Shown here: positions 24,084 to 34,505 of the stretch, piece by piece
How positions within the stretch are numbered: position 1 is the first letter of the stretch
Layout of the letters: each line of letters opens with the position of its first letter
DNA from: Gammaproteobacteria bacterium
GTDB taxonomy: Bacteria > Pseudomonadota > Gammaproteobacteria > Magnimaribacterales > D2472
NCBI GenBank assembly: GCA_038142505.1
Contig: JAYQKD010000003.1
Location: forward strand, 57,312 to 121,311
Direction: 5' to 3'
Length of the DNA: 64,000 nucleotides
Notes under the pieces: generated by a model
Told to the model about the DNA's origin: nothing
The model's input: only the letters and a program-made list of their open reading frames with translations
Database searches by the model: none
Translations under genes and position numbers: made by a program

Positions 24084-25990
24084 TGAATAGTGTTTTAAGA
24101 AATTTAGTTGTTTGGTTCGTTCTAGGGTCATTGCTAATTTATGTTTTCAATAACATTGAAAATACAGGAGCAAGAGAGCAGATTAGCTATAGTCAATTTA
24201 AAGAAGAAGTTCTTTCTGATCGAATTGCTAAAGTAGTCTACAAAGGCGATCAAATGACAATTATAGGCGATCGTTTGGATGGTTCTAAGTTTGAAACAAC
24301 ACACCCAATATTTAAAAAAGATGAAGCCGTTGATAATGCTATTGAAGATAATGGTGTAATTGCTGTATACGAAAAAATTGAACAACCATCAGTTTTATCT
24401 CAATTGTTAGTTGGTGCATTTCCGATACTATTACTTTTAGGTATTTTCTTCTTTTTTATGAGACAAATGCAAGGCGGAATGTCTGGTAAAGGCGGCCCTA
24501 TGTCTTTCGGCAAGAGTAAAGCTAAATTGATGGAAGGTGGAAAAGTAAAGACGACATTTAAGGATGTTGCAGGCTGCGAAGAAGCAAAACAAGATGTTCA
24601 AGAATTAGTTGATTTTTTAAGAGATCCTACAAAGTTTCAAAAATTAGGTGGAAAAATTCCTAGAGGAGTTTTGATGGTAGGTCCTCCAGGTACTGGTAAG
24701 ACGCTTTTAGCAAGAGCTGTTGCTGGTGAAGCAAAAGTTCCATTTTTTACAATATCTGGATCTGATTTTGTAGAGATGTTTGTAGGTGTTGGTGCTTCAA
24801 GAGTAAGAGATATGTTTGATCAAGCTAAAAAACAATCTCCTTGTATTGTTTTTATTGATGAGATTGACGCCGTAGGTAGGCATAGAGGTGCAGGTCTAGG
24901 TGGCGGCCATGATGAAAGAGAGCAAACACTTAACCAATTGCTAGTTGAAATGGATGGTTTTGAAGGCAACGATGGAGTTATTGTTATAGCTGCAACTAAT
25001 AGACCTGATGTACTAGATCCAGCCTTATTAAGACCAGGAAGGTTTGACAGACAGGTTGTAGTAGACCTTCCTGATATCAGAGGAAGGGAAGCAATTCTTA
25101 AAGTTCATATGAGAAAAGTACCGCTTGATTCTGATGTTGATCCATTGGTATTGGCAAGAGGCACACCAGGTTTTTCTGGAGCAGACTTAGCTAATTTAAT
25201 TAATGAAGCAGCATTATTTGCTGCTAGATACTCTGATAAGAAGATAGACCAAACGCACTTAGATTTAGCTAAAGATAAAATAATGATGGGTGCAGAAAGA
25301 AAATCTATGATTTTAAGTGAAGAGCAAAAAAGAATAACTGCATATCACGAAGCAGGACATGCAATAGTAGGAAGATTATGCCCAACTCATGATCCTGTAT
25401 ATAAAGTTACAATTATTCCAAGAGGAAGAGCTCTAGGTGTAACAATGTTCTTGCCAGAAGAAGATACTTACATGCAAAGTAAAGAATATTTATTAGCAAG
25501 AATAGCAGCGTTGTTTGGTGGCAGAATTGCAGAAAGTATTATTAATGGTAATCAAGGTATTACCACTGGTGCTTCAAATGATATTGAGGTAGCAACAAAT
25601 ATAGCAACAAATATGGTTACAAAATGGGGCTTTTCTGATGCCCTTGGCACTATTAAGTTTGGTGAAGATGAAGGAAGTCCATTCCTTGGAAGAACAGCAT
25701 CATCACCATCACAACATCGAAGTGAAGAAACTTCAAAATTAATTGATTCCGAGATTAAATCAATTATTGATTCATGTTATGAAAGAGCTGAAAATCTTTT
25801 GAAGACAAATCTCGATAAATTAAATGTTATGGCCGATGCTTTATTAAAATATGAAACAATCGATGAACCTCAGATTGATGACATAATGGCAGGAGCTGAA
25901 CCTCGAGAGCCAAAAGGTTGGTCGGATGATGATCCTAAGCCTAAATCAAATAAAAAAACATCGATAAAAGGTGCCGCTGAAGAGTTATAA
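24083..25990 (+). CDS. ftsH: ATP-dependent zinc metalloprotease FtsH
   Basis: Walker [12 protein letters not shown] region, HEAGHA zinc site. Confidence 0.97.
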   Translation: MNSVLRNLVVWFVLGSLLIYVFNNIENTGAREQISYSQFKEEVLSDRIAKVVYKGDQMTIIGDRLDGSKFETTHPIFKKDEAVDNAIEDNGVIAVYEKIEQPSVLSQLLVGAFPILLLLGIFFFFMRQMQGGMSGKGGPMSFGKSKAKLMEGGKVKTTFKDVAGCEEAKQDVQELVDFLRDPTKFQKLGGKIPRGVLMVGPPGTGKTLLARAVAGEAKVPFFTISGSDFVEMFVGVGASRVRDMFDQAKKQSPCIVFIDEIDAVGRHRGAGLGGGHDEREQTLNQLLVEMDGFEGNDGVIVIAATNRPDVLDPALLRPGRFDRQVVVDLPDIRGREAILKVHMRKVPLDSDVDPLVLARGTPGFSGADLANLINEAALFAARYSDKKIDQTHLDLAKDKIMMGAERKSMILSEEQKRITAYHEAGHAIVGRLCPTHDPVYKVTIIPRGRALGVTMFLPEEDTYMQSKEYLLARIAALFGGRIAESIINGNQGITTGASNDIEVATNIATNMVTKWGFSDALGTIKFGEDEGSPFLGRTASSPSQHRSEETSKLIDSEIKSIIDSCYERAENLLKTNLDKLNVMADALLKYETIDEPQIDDIMAGAEPREPKGWSDDDPKPKSNKKTSIKGAAEEL

Positions 25991-25999
25991 TCTTTAGTT

Positions 26000-27322
26000 A
26001 TGAATTTAAAATTTGGCACTGATGGTATTCGAGGACCTGTAGAAACTCATATCACACCAGAAGCTTGTCTTAAAATAGGGCATGCAACTGGTTTGGTTAT
26101 GAAAGAGCAGGGTTGGGATACTGTAATGATTGGAAAAGATACTCGCGTATCAGGTTACATGCTTGAATCTGCATTACAGGCTGGTTTCATTGCTGCTGGA
26201 GTCAATGTAAGTTTGTGTGGCCCACTACCAACACCTGGAGTGGCATATCTTACAAAATCATTAAGAAGAAAATTCGGAGTGGTAATTAGTGCGTCTCATA
26301 ATGATTTTTTAGATAATGGAATTAAGATATTTAATGCTGATGGTGAAAAGTTATCTAGGGATTTAGAAAAGAAAATAGAAAAGCTCTTAGAATCTGAACT
26401 CAATCCAGTAAAAACTGAAGAATTAGGAAAAGCTAGACGTTTTGATGAGTCGGGAGCAAGATATATTGAATTTTGTAAATCAACAGTACCACAAGATATC
26501 TCGTTTGCATCTTTGCGAATTGTTTTAGATTGTGCAAATGGCGCTTGTTATAAAACTAGTCCTGATGTTTTTAAAGAGCTTGGAGCAGAAGTAATTTCAG
26601 TTGGTGTTGATCCTGATGGATACAATATAAATGCTGATTGTGGATCTACGCACCCAGAACTGGTTCAAAATGAGGTGATTAAGCACAGAGCTGATTTTGG
26701 AATATCTCTTGATGGAGATGGTGATAGAGTAATTATTATCGATCGTAATGGAAATATATTAGATGGTGACGATCTTTTATATATATTAGCTTTTGCAAAC
26801 CCTAATAGAATTGGTCCATGGTCAGGTGTTGTTGGTACTCACATGAGTAATCTTGGTTTTGAAGATGGTATTACAAAGCTTGGATATAAATTTATTCGCG
26901 CTGATGTTGGTGATAAATATGTTAGCAACATGCTAACTAAAAAAGGTTGGATGTTGGGAGGTGAAACTTCAGGACACATAATTTGTAAAGACTTAGTTAG
27001 TACCGGTGACGGAACCATTGCAGCCTTAAAAGTAATTTCTTCATTACTTCTTCTTGAAAAAGATCCTTCAGAGGTGTTGTCAAATTATACAAAAATGCCT
27101 CAAGTAAATAATGCAGTTAAAGTTTCAAATAAAGACATAGTCAATGACAAGGACTTGTTGAGTCTTATAAAAGAAATTGAGTCTGATATTACTGTAGGAA
27201 GAGTTTTGGTAAGAGCTTCTGGAACAGAGAGTAAAATAAGAGTAATGATAGAGGCACCTGAAGAAAAAGTTGCAAAAAAATATGTCAAAGATATAAGTGA
27301 CTTAATAAAATCTAAATCATAA
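26000..27322 (+). CDS. glmM: phosphoglucosamine mutase
   Basis: Active-site ISASHN and DGDGDR metal loop. No folP lies between ftsH and glmM. Confidence 0.93.
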   Translation: MNLKFGTDGIRGPVETHITPEACLKIGHATGLVMKEQGWDTVMIGKDTRVSGYMLESALQAGFIAAGVNVSLCGPLPTPGVAYLTKSLRRKFGVVISASHNDFLDNGIKIFNADGEKLSRDLEKKIEKLLESELNPVKTEELGKARRFDESGARYIEFCKSTVPQDISFASLRIVLDCANGACYKTSPDVFKELGAEVISVGVDPDGYNINADCGSTHPELVQNEVIKHRADFGISLDGDGDRVIIIDRNGNILDGDDLLYILAFANPNRIGPWSGVVGTHMSNLGFEDGITKLGYKFIRADVGDKYVSNMLTKKGWMLGGETSGHIICKDLVSTGDGTIAALKVISSLLLLEKDPSEVLSNYTKMPQVNNAVKVSNKDIVNDKDLLSLIKEIESDITVGRVLVRASGTESKIRVMIEAPEEKVAKKYVKDISDLIKSKS

Positions 27323-27324
27323 TT

Positions 27325-28068
27325 GTGATAATTGCTAACTGGAAAGCCAACGGAGATATTAAATCAAATAAGGCTTGGTGTAATCAACTGATTGTAAGAA
27401 TGTCTGATAGAGGCCTTAAATCTATTGGAATAGCTCCATCATTCATACATTTTAATCAGATAAAGAATGCGTTTATCAATAATGATATTGAAGTAGGTTT
27501 TCAAGATATTGATATTGAAGGCGGGGCCAGAACTGGATCAATTTCACCATCAATGGCGGTAGATAGTGACTGTTCTTTTTGTTTAATTGGTCATTCAGAA
27601 AGAAGAGAAATATTTAATGAAGATAATAATATTATTTCTAAAAAATATCAGATGCTAGTTAAAAGCCATATAAAACCAGTTCTATGTATTGGAGAAAGCT
27701 TTGAAGAGTTTCAAGCTGGCAAAACAGAGCAAAAATTACAAACTCAGATTCAAGAATGCATTCAAGGAAATATTTCATCAGAGGATTTAATTATTGCATA
27801 TGAGCCAATATGGGCAATAGGTACAGGAAACACACCAAAACCAAAAGATGTAAATACAATTCACGAATTTATTAAAGATGTTGTACAATCCGCATCTGAA
27901 AATAATTTGAGGCCACAAGTTTTATATGGTGGAAGTGTTAATAAATCAAATGCAGCAGATTTTTTTGTTGAAAAAAACATAGACGGTGCATTGGTTGGAG
28001 GCGCTTCATTAGACGCAGATATATTTTCAGATATTATAGAAATTTATAGTAGGCATAAAGAAAAATGA
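27325..28068 (+). CDS. tpiA: triose-phosphate isomerase (GTG start)
   Basis: ANWK, IGHSERR and AYEPIWAIGTG motifs. Confidence 0.92.
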   Translation: MIIANWKANGDIKSNKAWCNQLIVRMSDRGLKSIGIAPSFIHFNQIKNAFINNDIEVGFQDIDIEGGARTGSISPSMAVDSDCSFCLIGHSERREIFNEDNNIISKKYQMLVKSHIKPVLCIGESFEEFQAGKTEQKLQTQIQECIQGNISSEDLIIAYEPIWAIGTGNTPKPKDVNTIHEFIKDVVQSASENNLRPQVLYGGSVNKSNAADFFVEKNIDGALVGGASLDADIFSDIIEIYSRHKEK

Positions 28069-28376
28069 TAGTTTTAATAAAAATAGTTTGTATAGTTTTG
28101 GCTGTTGCAATAATAGCATTAGTACTTTTACAACAAGGTAAGGGCTCTGATTTGGGTTCAGCATTTGGTGGAGGTTCATCTAATTCAATGTTTGGAGCAT
28201 TGGGACCTTCAGATTTTTTAGGAAAACTAACATATTCGTTAGTGGCTTTATGGTTAGTTTTAACATTGGCTTTGGCATATTTATATAAAACTGAAAATAC
28301 TAAAGAAATGTTTGAAACACCTCTTATTGAAGAGGTTATGGAAGAAATTCCAACAGATGAAATTCCAACGGAATAA
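28065..28376 (+). CDS. secG: preprotein translocase subunit SecG
   Basis: 103 aa with LLQQGKGSDLGSAFGGG signature and two TM helices. Confidence 0.88.
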   Translation: MIVLIKIVCIVLAVAIIALVLLQQGKGSDLGSAFGGGSSNSMFGALGPSDFLGKLTYSLVALWLVLTLALAYLYKTENTKEMFETPLIEEVMEEIPTDEIPTE

Positions 28377-28389
28377 ATAAATTAAACAA

Positions 28390-28476
28390 TGGTGCCGAAA
28401 GCGGGACTTGAACCCGCACGAGCTTTCGCTCACTAGCCCCTCAAGCTAGCGTGTCTACCAATTCCACCACTTCGGC
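28390..28476 (-). tRNA. leuU: tRNA-Leu (anticodon GAG), type II long variable arm
   Basis: The reverse complement GCCGAAGTGGTGGAATTGGTAGACACGCTAGCTTGAGGGGCTAG...GGTTCAAGTCCCGCTTTCGGCACCA folds as a cloverleaf and is near-identical in layout to E. coli leuU. Confidence 0.93.
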
Positions 28477-28488
28477 AAAAGATTGCGA

Positions 28489-28494
28489 ATTATA
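28489..28494 (-). promoter_or_regulatory. candidate -10 hexamer TATAAT for the minus-strand tRNA-Leu
   Basis: The reverse complement reads TATAAT 12 nt upstream of the mature tRNA 5' end. Upstream sequence is AT-rich, and no good -35 was seen. Confidence 0.35.
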
Positions 28495-28529
28495 ACAAGA
28501 TATTATTTTAAATATAAAAAATAATATAC

Positions 28530-28558
28530 TTGACCAAACATACTAAACTTCATAAACT
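28530..28558 (+). promoter_or_regulatory. candidate sigma70 promoter for metY-rimP-nusA-infB
   Basis: TTGACC (28530-28535), 17-bp spacer, TAAACT (28553-28558). There is an A/T-rich UP-like tract upstream and a GC-rich discriminator (CGCTGCG) before the tRNA. Confidence 0.5.
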
Positions 28559-28573
28559 TCACACTCGCTGCGT

Positions 28574-28650
<77 letters not shown>

Positions 28651-28670
28651 CAGTTACATATATTTTTTGT

Positions 28671-28690
28671 GGGGCATATGCCCCTTTTTT
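28671..28690 (+). terminator. rho-independent terminator/attenuator after metY
   Basis: GGGGCATATGCCCC hairpin followed by TTTTTT. It is 15 nt before the rimP start. Confidence 0.7.
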
Positions 28691-28704
28691 GTATATAAAA
28701 AAAG

Positions 28705-29184
28705 ATGAAAGATGAGATTGAAAAAATTGTAGTGCCAGTTATTGAAAGACATGATTGTTTTTTATGGGGACTTGAAATTTTAAGGGGTAGAAAAAGACCT
28801 ACGTTAAGAATTTATATTGAGTCTGAGCAGGGTGCAAATATTGATGATTGTGAAAATATTTCTAAAGATCTCAATTATGAAATAGATTTAGATTCATCCT
28901 TTGGCGATGATTATGTTTTAGAAGTATCGACACCTGGAATTAGTAGAAGATTTTTCAAACAAAGTCAGCTTGAGTCATATATTGGAGAAGAATTAAAAGT
29001 TAAATTAAGAGAGCCTCTTGAGGGAATAAAAAACATTGAAGGGACTTTAGTTGATTGTAATAAAGAATATTTTCTTATAGAGTCACTAAACTTAGAGTAT
29101 AAGTTAAATTTTAATGATATTGATTTTTGTAAGTTAGAACCAAATTTTGATAAATTAATGAAGGAAGAAAATTATGCAAAGTAA
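28705..29184 (+). CDS. rimP: ribosome maturation factor RimP
   Basis: 159 aa with LEVSTPGISRRF motif, upstream of nusA. Confidence 0.87.
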   Translation: MKDEIEKIVVPVIERHDCFLWGLEILRGRKRPTLRIYIESEQGANIDDCENISKDLNYEIDLDSSFGDDYVLEVSTPGISRRFFKQSQLESYIGEELKVKLREPLEGIKNIEGTLVDCNKEYFLIESLNLEYKLNFNDIDFCKLEPNFDKLMKEENYAK

Positions 29185-30634
29185 TGAGATTTTAGCAGTG
29201 GTTGATTCGGTTTCAACTGAGAAAGGGTTGGAGAAGGATGTAATTTTTAAAGCTATTGAAATAGCTATTGCATCTGCATCACAAAGACATTTTCACGAAG
29301 ATGCTGATTTATTTGTCAAAATTGATAGAACCACAGGAGAATATTCAACACATAGGAATTGGATCGTTTTTGATGAGAATAATGAAGAATTCCATCCAGA
29401 AACACATATCTCAACTAGTGATTCTAATCTTGCACTAGATGAAATTTATACAAAAGAGCAAGACAACATCCCTTTTGGAAGAATAGAGACTCAGGCTGCA
29501 AGACAAGTAATGTTGCAGAAAGTAAGAGAGGCTGAAAGAGAGAAAGTTGTAGCTCAGTTTAAAAGTCAAAATAATCAATTGGTTAACGGTACAGTTAAAA
29601 GAGTAACAAGAGATAATATTATTGTAGATATTGCATACGATGCTGAGGCTATCTTACCAAGAGATAGATTAATGCCTGGTGAGATTTATAAAATTAATGA
29701 CAGAATTAGAGCAATTCTTCAGATTCAAGAAGTTGAGGGTAGAGGCCCTCAATTAATGTTAAATAGATCTTGCCCAGAAATGGTAACAGAGCTTTTTAGC
29801 ATTGAAGTACCAGAGATTAATGAGGATGTTATTGAAATTAGAGGCGTTGCAAGAGATGCTGGATCAAGATCTAAGATAGCAGTTAAAACAAATGATGGAA
29901 GAATAGATCCTGTTGGAGCATGCGTTGGTATGAGAGGTTCTAGAGTTCAGGCTGTTTCTGCTGAGTTAGGCAACGAAAGAATAGACATAATCATATATGA
30001 TGACAATCCAGCTCAGTTAGTTATTAATGCTCTTGTTCCTGCAAAAGTTGAATCTATTGTTATGGATGAAGACTCAAGATCTATGGACATTGCTGTAAAT
30101 CAAGAAAATCTTGCATTGGCAATCGGTTCTAGAGGTCAAAATATTAGACTTGCATCTAAGTTGGTGGGATGGGACTTAAATATTATAAGTAGTGAAGAAG
30201 CAGAAGCTAAAGTTAAAGTTGATGAGACTGAATTTTTAGCTAGCCTTATTAGTAGTCTTGAAATATCTGAAGAAATCGCTGAAAAAATAGCTTCTACAGG
30301 CTTATCAAGTTTTGACGATATAGCATATGCTGAAGATGAAATCTTTAAATCATTTATTGAGGACGAAGCGGAGATTGCAAGGGTAAAAAGTGCTGCCGAG
30401 GATGCAGCCTTACTCGAGGCTATGGGAGCAATTACTGAAGAAGAAGATAATGTGGAATCACTTACAGATTTAAATTTAAGTGATGAAGATATTCAAAAGT
30501 TATCTAATAAGGGTATTAAAAATAAAGATGATCTTGCAGAATTAGCAGTTGATGAATTACAAGAAATTATTGAAATTTCTTCTGACGATGCATCAAAAAT
30601 GATAATGAAAGCAAGAGAACACTGGTTTAATTAA
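29174..30634 (+). CDS. nusA: transcription termination/antitermination factor NusA
   Basis: S1 and two KH domains (GACVGMRGSRVQAV) plus C-terminal acidic repeats. Confidence 0.96.
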   Translation: MQSNEILAVVDSVSTEKGLEKDVIFKAIEIAIASASQRHFHEDADLFVKIDRTTGEYSTHRNWIVFDENNEEFHPETHISTSDSNLALDEIYTKEQDNIPFGRIETQAARQVMLQKVREAEREKVVAQFKSQNNQLVNGTVKRVTRDNIIVDIAYDAEAILPRDRLMPGEIYKINDRIRAILQIQEVEGRGPQLMLNRSCPEMVTELFSIEVPEINEDVIEIRGVARDAGSRSKIAVKTNDGRIDPVGACVGMRGSRVQAVSAELGNERIDIIIYDDNPAQLVINALVPAKVESIVMDEDSRSMDIAVNQENLALAIGSRGQNIRLASKLVGWDLNIISSEEAEAKVKVDETEFLASLISSLEISEEIAEKIASTGLSSFDDIAYAEDEIFKSFIEDEAEIARVKSAAEDAALLEAMGAITEEEDNVESLTDLNLSDEDIQKLSNKGIKNKDDLAELAVDELQEIIEISSDDASKMIMKAREHWFN

Positions 30635-30650
30635 TTAAAAGGAAAATATT

Positions 30651-32924
30651 TTGGCTTTAACTGTTAAAGATTTCGCAAAAACTCTAAAGATCAGTGATTC
30701 TGCTTTGCTTGAACGTATGCAGAATGCTGGACTGAGTCATTCTAAAAATACTGATGAGGTTACAGCTGCAGATAAACAAGCTCTTTTAAAATCTTTAAAA
30801 AGTGCAAAAGCAACTCCATCTAAATCTATAACCTCAGGATCTGGAGTTACAGTTACATCTAAAGGAAAAACTTCTAAAGATACAGAAACAGTAAAAAGTT
30901 ATTCAGATAATATAGAAGCAAAAAGAGCAGCAGCCTCTGAACAACTAAAAGAGCAACAAAAGAAAAGAGAAGAGCAGTTAAAAGAGGCTGCAAGACTAAA
31001 ACAAGAAGAAGTCAAAAAAAGAGAGAAATTTAAAAAAGTTGATAAAGATAAACCGGCTATCAAAGTAAATGTTAAGGATCAGTTATCAAGCGCTGTTAAT
31101 GCATATAAAAGAAGAGAGACTGCTTTTTCTCAGGAATCAGAACATAAGTTTGAAGCACCTACTGAGTTCATAAAAAAAGATATAGAAGTTCCATCGTCAA
31201 TTCAAGTTGGTGAGTTAGCCAAATTAATGGCTGTCAAAGGAAATGTAGTTGTAAAGAATCTCATGGGGCTAGGGGTTGTTGCAACTATAAATGATGTTAT
31301 TGACCAAGAGACAGCAATATTAGTGGTAGAAGAAATTGGTCATAATGGAATCGCATTAAAAGAAGAAAATTTTGAAGAAGATTTAGCTAATTTAATTAAC
31401 TATACGGATGAAGCAAAGCCTAGATCACCAGTAATTACTGTTATGGGGCATGTTGATCATGGTAAAACAACACTTCTTGATTTTATTAGAAAAACAAAAG
31501 TCGTAGACGGTGAGGCTGGAGGCATTACACAACATATTGGAGCTTATGAAGTTGAAACACCTAAAGGTAAAATAACTTTTATAGATACTCCTGGCCATGC
31601 TGCTTTCTCATCTATGAGAGCCAGAGGCGCCAATACAACTGACATTGTCATTTTAGTCGTAGCTGCAAATGATGGTATTAAGCCCCAAACAGAAGAAGCA
31701 ATTAATCATGCTAAAGCAGCTGGTGTATCGATTGTTGTTGCAATAAATAAGATTGATTTAGATGGAGCAGATATTGATAAGGTTAAGGGTGATTTAGCAG
31801 CTAAGGACTTGACTCCAGAGGACTGGGGAGGAACAACACAAATGGTTCCAGTTTCAGCCTTAAAAGGTACTGGAGTTGATAAATTATTAGAATGTGTTTC
31901 TCTTGAAGCAGAATTACTTGAATTAAAAGCTCATCACAAAGGTTCTGCTCAGGGCGTAGTTATTGAATCTGAGTTAGATAAATTTAGAGGCTCAGTTGCA
32001 ACCTTTTTAATTCAAAATGGAACATTAAAAGTTGGTGATTTAGTTGCCTCTGGAAATTCAATTGGAAAAATTAAAAGTATTGTAAACAGCGATGGTTCTA
32101 AGATTAAATTAGCTGGCCCATCTGCTGCTGTTGAAGTATTAGGTTTAAATAACGTGCCAAATGCAGGAGATCCTTTTCAGGTAGTTGAAAATGAAAAACA
32201 AGCAAGAGAAATTGCTGAGTATAGAATTACCCAAGAAAAGGAAAGAAAGCTTTTAAAACAAAAAGATGACACCGCTGGTGATTTATTTGAATCGCTTGGA
32301 CAAGAATCTAAAAAAGTACTTAATATCATTGTTAAAACTGATGTTGGTGGAACATGTGAAGCAATTTCAGCTGCACTAAATGATTTGGGTAATGATTTAG
32401 CAAAAGTTAAGATTGTATCTAGTGGTGTTGGTGGAATATCAGAGTCAGATGCAAACTTAGCATTGGCTGTGGATGCAATTATTTTAGGTTTTAATGTGAG
32501 ATCAGATAATTCTGCAAAGAAAATTATAGAAGACGAATCTATACCTTTAAGCTACCACAGTATTATTTATGAATTATTAGATGATGTGAAGGCTAGAATG
32601 AGTGGGCTTCTTGACCCGATTATTAAAGAAGAGATAGTTGGAACAGCAGAGGTATTAGAAGTATTCAATTCTCCTAAATTTGGACAAATAGCTGGTTGCA
32701 TGGTCATTGAAGGAAATGTTTTACGAAATAAACCAGTAAGAGTTCTCAGAGACGAGATAGTTATCTTTGAGGGTGAACTAGATTCTCTAAGAAGATTTAA
32801 AGAAGATGTAAACGAAGTTAAAAATGGAACCGAGTGCGGCATGGGTATCAAAAACTATAAAGATATTAAGCCTGGCGATAAGATAGAGGTTTATGATCGC
32901 AAAGAAGAAGCACAATCAATGTAG
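30651..32924 (+). CDS. infB: translation initiation factor IF-2 (TTG start)
   Basis: G domain [21 protein letters not shown]; Lys/Glu-rich N-terminal region. Confidence 0.96.
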   Translation: MALTVKDFAKTLKISDSALLERMQNAGLSHSKNTDEVTAADKQALLKSLKSAKATPSKSITSGSGVTVTSKGKTSKDTETVKSYSDNIEAKRAAASEQLKEQQKKREEQLKEAARLKQEEVKKREKFKKVDKDKPAIKVNVKDQLSSAVNAYKRRETAFSQESEHKFEAPTEFIKKDIEVPSSIQVGELAKLMAVKGNVVVKNLMGLGVVATINDVIDQETAILVVEEIGHNGIALKEENFEEDLANLINYTDEAKPRSPVITVMGHVDHGKTTLLDFIRKTKVVDGEAGGITQHIGAYEVETPKGKITFIDTPGHAAFSSMRARGANTTDIVILVVAANDGIKPQTEEAINHAKAAGVSIVVAINKIDLDGADIDKVKGDLAAKDLTPEDWGGTTQMVPVSALKGTGVDKLLECVSLEAELLELKAHHKGSAQGVVIESELDKFRGSVATFLIQNGTLKVGDLVASGNSIGKIKSIVNSDGSKIKLAGPSAAVEVLGLNNVPNAGDPFQVVENEKQAREIAEYRITQEKERKLLKQKDDTAGDLFESLGQESKKVLNIIVKTDVGGTCEAISAALNDLGNDLAKVKIVSSGVGGISESDANLALAVDAIILGFNVRSDNSAKKIIEDESIPLSYHSIIYELLDDVKARMSGLLDPIIKEEIVGTAEVLEVFNSPKFGQIAGCMVIEGNVLRNKPVRVLRDEIVIFEGELDSLRRFKEDVNEVKNGTECGMGIKNYKDIKPGDKIEVYDRKEEAQSM

Positions 32925-32935
32925 TTGAAGTTTTA

Positions 32936-33283
32936 ATGTCATCATTAAGAGCAGAAAAAATTGGCGACGAGCTAAAAAAAGAAATATCTTTAATCATCAA
33001 CAAAGAAACAAAAGATCCTAGGCTTCAAAATATTAATATTACTGCTGTAAAAGTCTCTGATGATATTGGTATAGCCACTGTGTTTTATACAGTTATCGGA
33101 GAATCTATAATTAAAGATCAAAGTGAAATAAACCCTAAAATATTAAAAAAATTTTCAGGAATGATTCGATCAAAACTTTCAAAAACTATGCAGATTAGGA
33201 GGGTGCCTGTTATAAATTTTAGGTTTGATGAAAGTATCGAATATTCGGATAATATTGAAAGCTTATTGAAGAATATAAAATAA
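32936..33283 (+). CDS. rbfA: ribosome-binding factor A
   Basis: 115 aa in the infB-rbfA-truB position, with a KH-like fold signature. Confidence 0.85.
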   Translation: MSSLRAEKIGDELKKEISLIINKETKDPRLQNINITAVKVSDDIGIATVFYTVIGESIIKDQSEINPKILKKFSGMIRSKLSKTMQIRRVPVINFRFDESIEYSDNIESLLKNIK

Positions 33284-34122
33284 TGGATGGTTTTTTTCTT
33301 TTAAACAAAGAAAAAGGTATAACCTCTAATCAACTTGTTCAAAATATTAAAAAATCTTTGAAGTTCAAAAAAGTTGGCCATTTGGGAACACTAGACCCAA
33401 TGGCAACTGGATTAATGGTAATTGCAGCTAATAGGGCTACAAAGTTTTCTAGTTATTTTTTAGAATCTGATAAAAGTTATTATGCAACAGTAAAACTTGG
33501 GTCTTTTACCGATACGGATGATGCACTGGGTAAAATTATCGAAACTTCAGACAACCTCCCAACTGAAGAACATACTCACAAAGTTCTAAATTCATTTATT
33601 GGACAGTCATTGCAGATGGCACCCTTTTATTCTGCTTTGAAGCATAAAGGTAAACCATTATATAAATATGCAAGAGAGGGCGATTTGATATCAAAACCGC
33701 CAAGAGAAATTAATGTTTTCTCAATAAAAGATTTTATTTTTGATCACGATGAATGTTCTTTCTTAATTCATTGCTCAAAAGGAACCTATATTAGGTCGAT
33801 TGCAAGAGATTTAGGAAAAAAACTTGGATGTGGCGCTCATTTATCAGGCTTAAAAAGAGTATCTCAAGGAAAATTTAATATTAATCAAGCATTAAATGCT
33901 GAAGAAGTTGAAATAAAAAATCTAATATCTATTGAAGAGGCATTTAAAGCATTTTCTGATATTAAATTAAAGAATGATCAATTAAAGATTTTTTTAAATG
34001 GAGGCAAGTTAAAAAATATTAATTTCGAAGATAATGACTACAGAATTTATGATTTATCATCAAATTTTCTAGGCCTTGGAAATGTATCTAATAATGTTCT
34101 GGCTTTAAAACGACTTGTTTAA
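33283..34122 (+). CDS. truB: tRNA pseudouridine(55) synthase
   Basis: Catalytic GHLGTLDPMATG motif. Confidence 0.92.
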   Translation: MDGFFLLNKEKGITSNQLVQNIKKSLKFKKVGHLGTLDPMATGLMVIAANRATKFSSYFLESDKSYYATVKLGSFTDTDDALGKIIETSDNLPTEEHTHKVLNSFIGQSLQMAPFYSALKHKGKPLYKYAREGDLISKPPREINVFSIKDFIFDHDECSFLIHCSKGTYIRSIARDLGKKLGCGAHLSGLKRVSQGKFNINQALNAEEVEIKNLISIEEAFKAFSDIKLKNDQLKIFLNGGKLKNINFEDNDYRIYDLSSNFLGLGNVSNNVLALKRLV

Positions 34123-34209
34123 TAGTTAGATTAGTTATAAGATTCGCACGCTTACTTTAGTTGTACGAGGTTTGCATTTTTATTAATAAGTACATCGAGG
34201 AATATAAAT

Positions 34210-34479
34210 ATGGCACTTTTAGCTAACGAAAAAGAAAAAATTGTTGGAAAATTTCAAAGAACAGACAACGACACAGGATCTCCTGAAGTTCAAATTGCGT
34301 TGTTAACAGAAAATATCAATAAATTACAAAGTCATTTTAAAACACATAAAAAAGACCACCATTCAAGAACAGGGTTAATAAGAATGGTAAACCTAAGAAG
34401 AAAGCTTTTAGCCTATCTAAAAAGAAAAAACCCAGATAGTTATAAAGAGGTTGTAAAGCAATTAAAACTTCGTGGTTAA
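34210..34479 (+). CDS. rpsO: 30S ribosomal protein S15
   Basis: 89 aa with [33 protein letters not shown]. Confidence 0.97.
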   Translation: MALLANEKEKIVGKFQRTDNDTGSPEVQIALLTENINKLQSHFKTHKKDHHSRTGLIRMVNLRRKLLAYLKRKNPDSYKEVVKQLKLRG

Positions 34480-34505
34480 TTATAAAAACATAAAAAAGGA
34501 TAATC

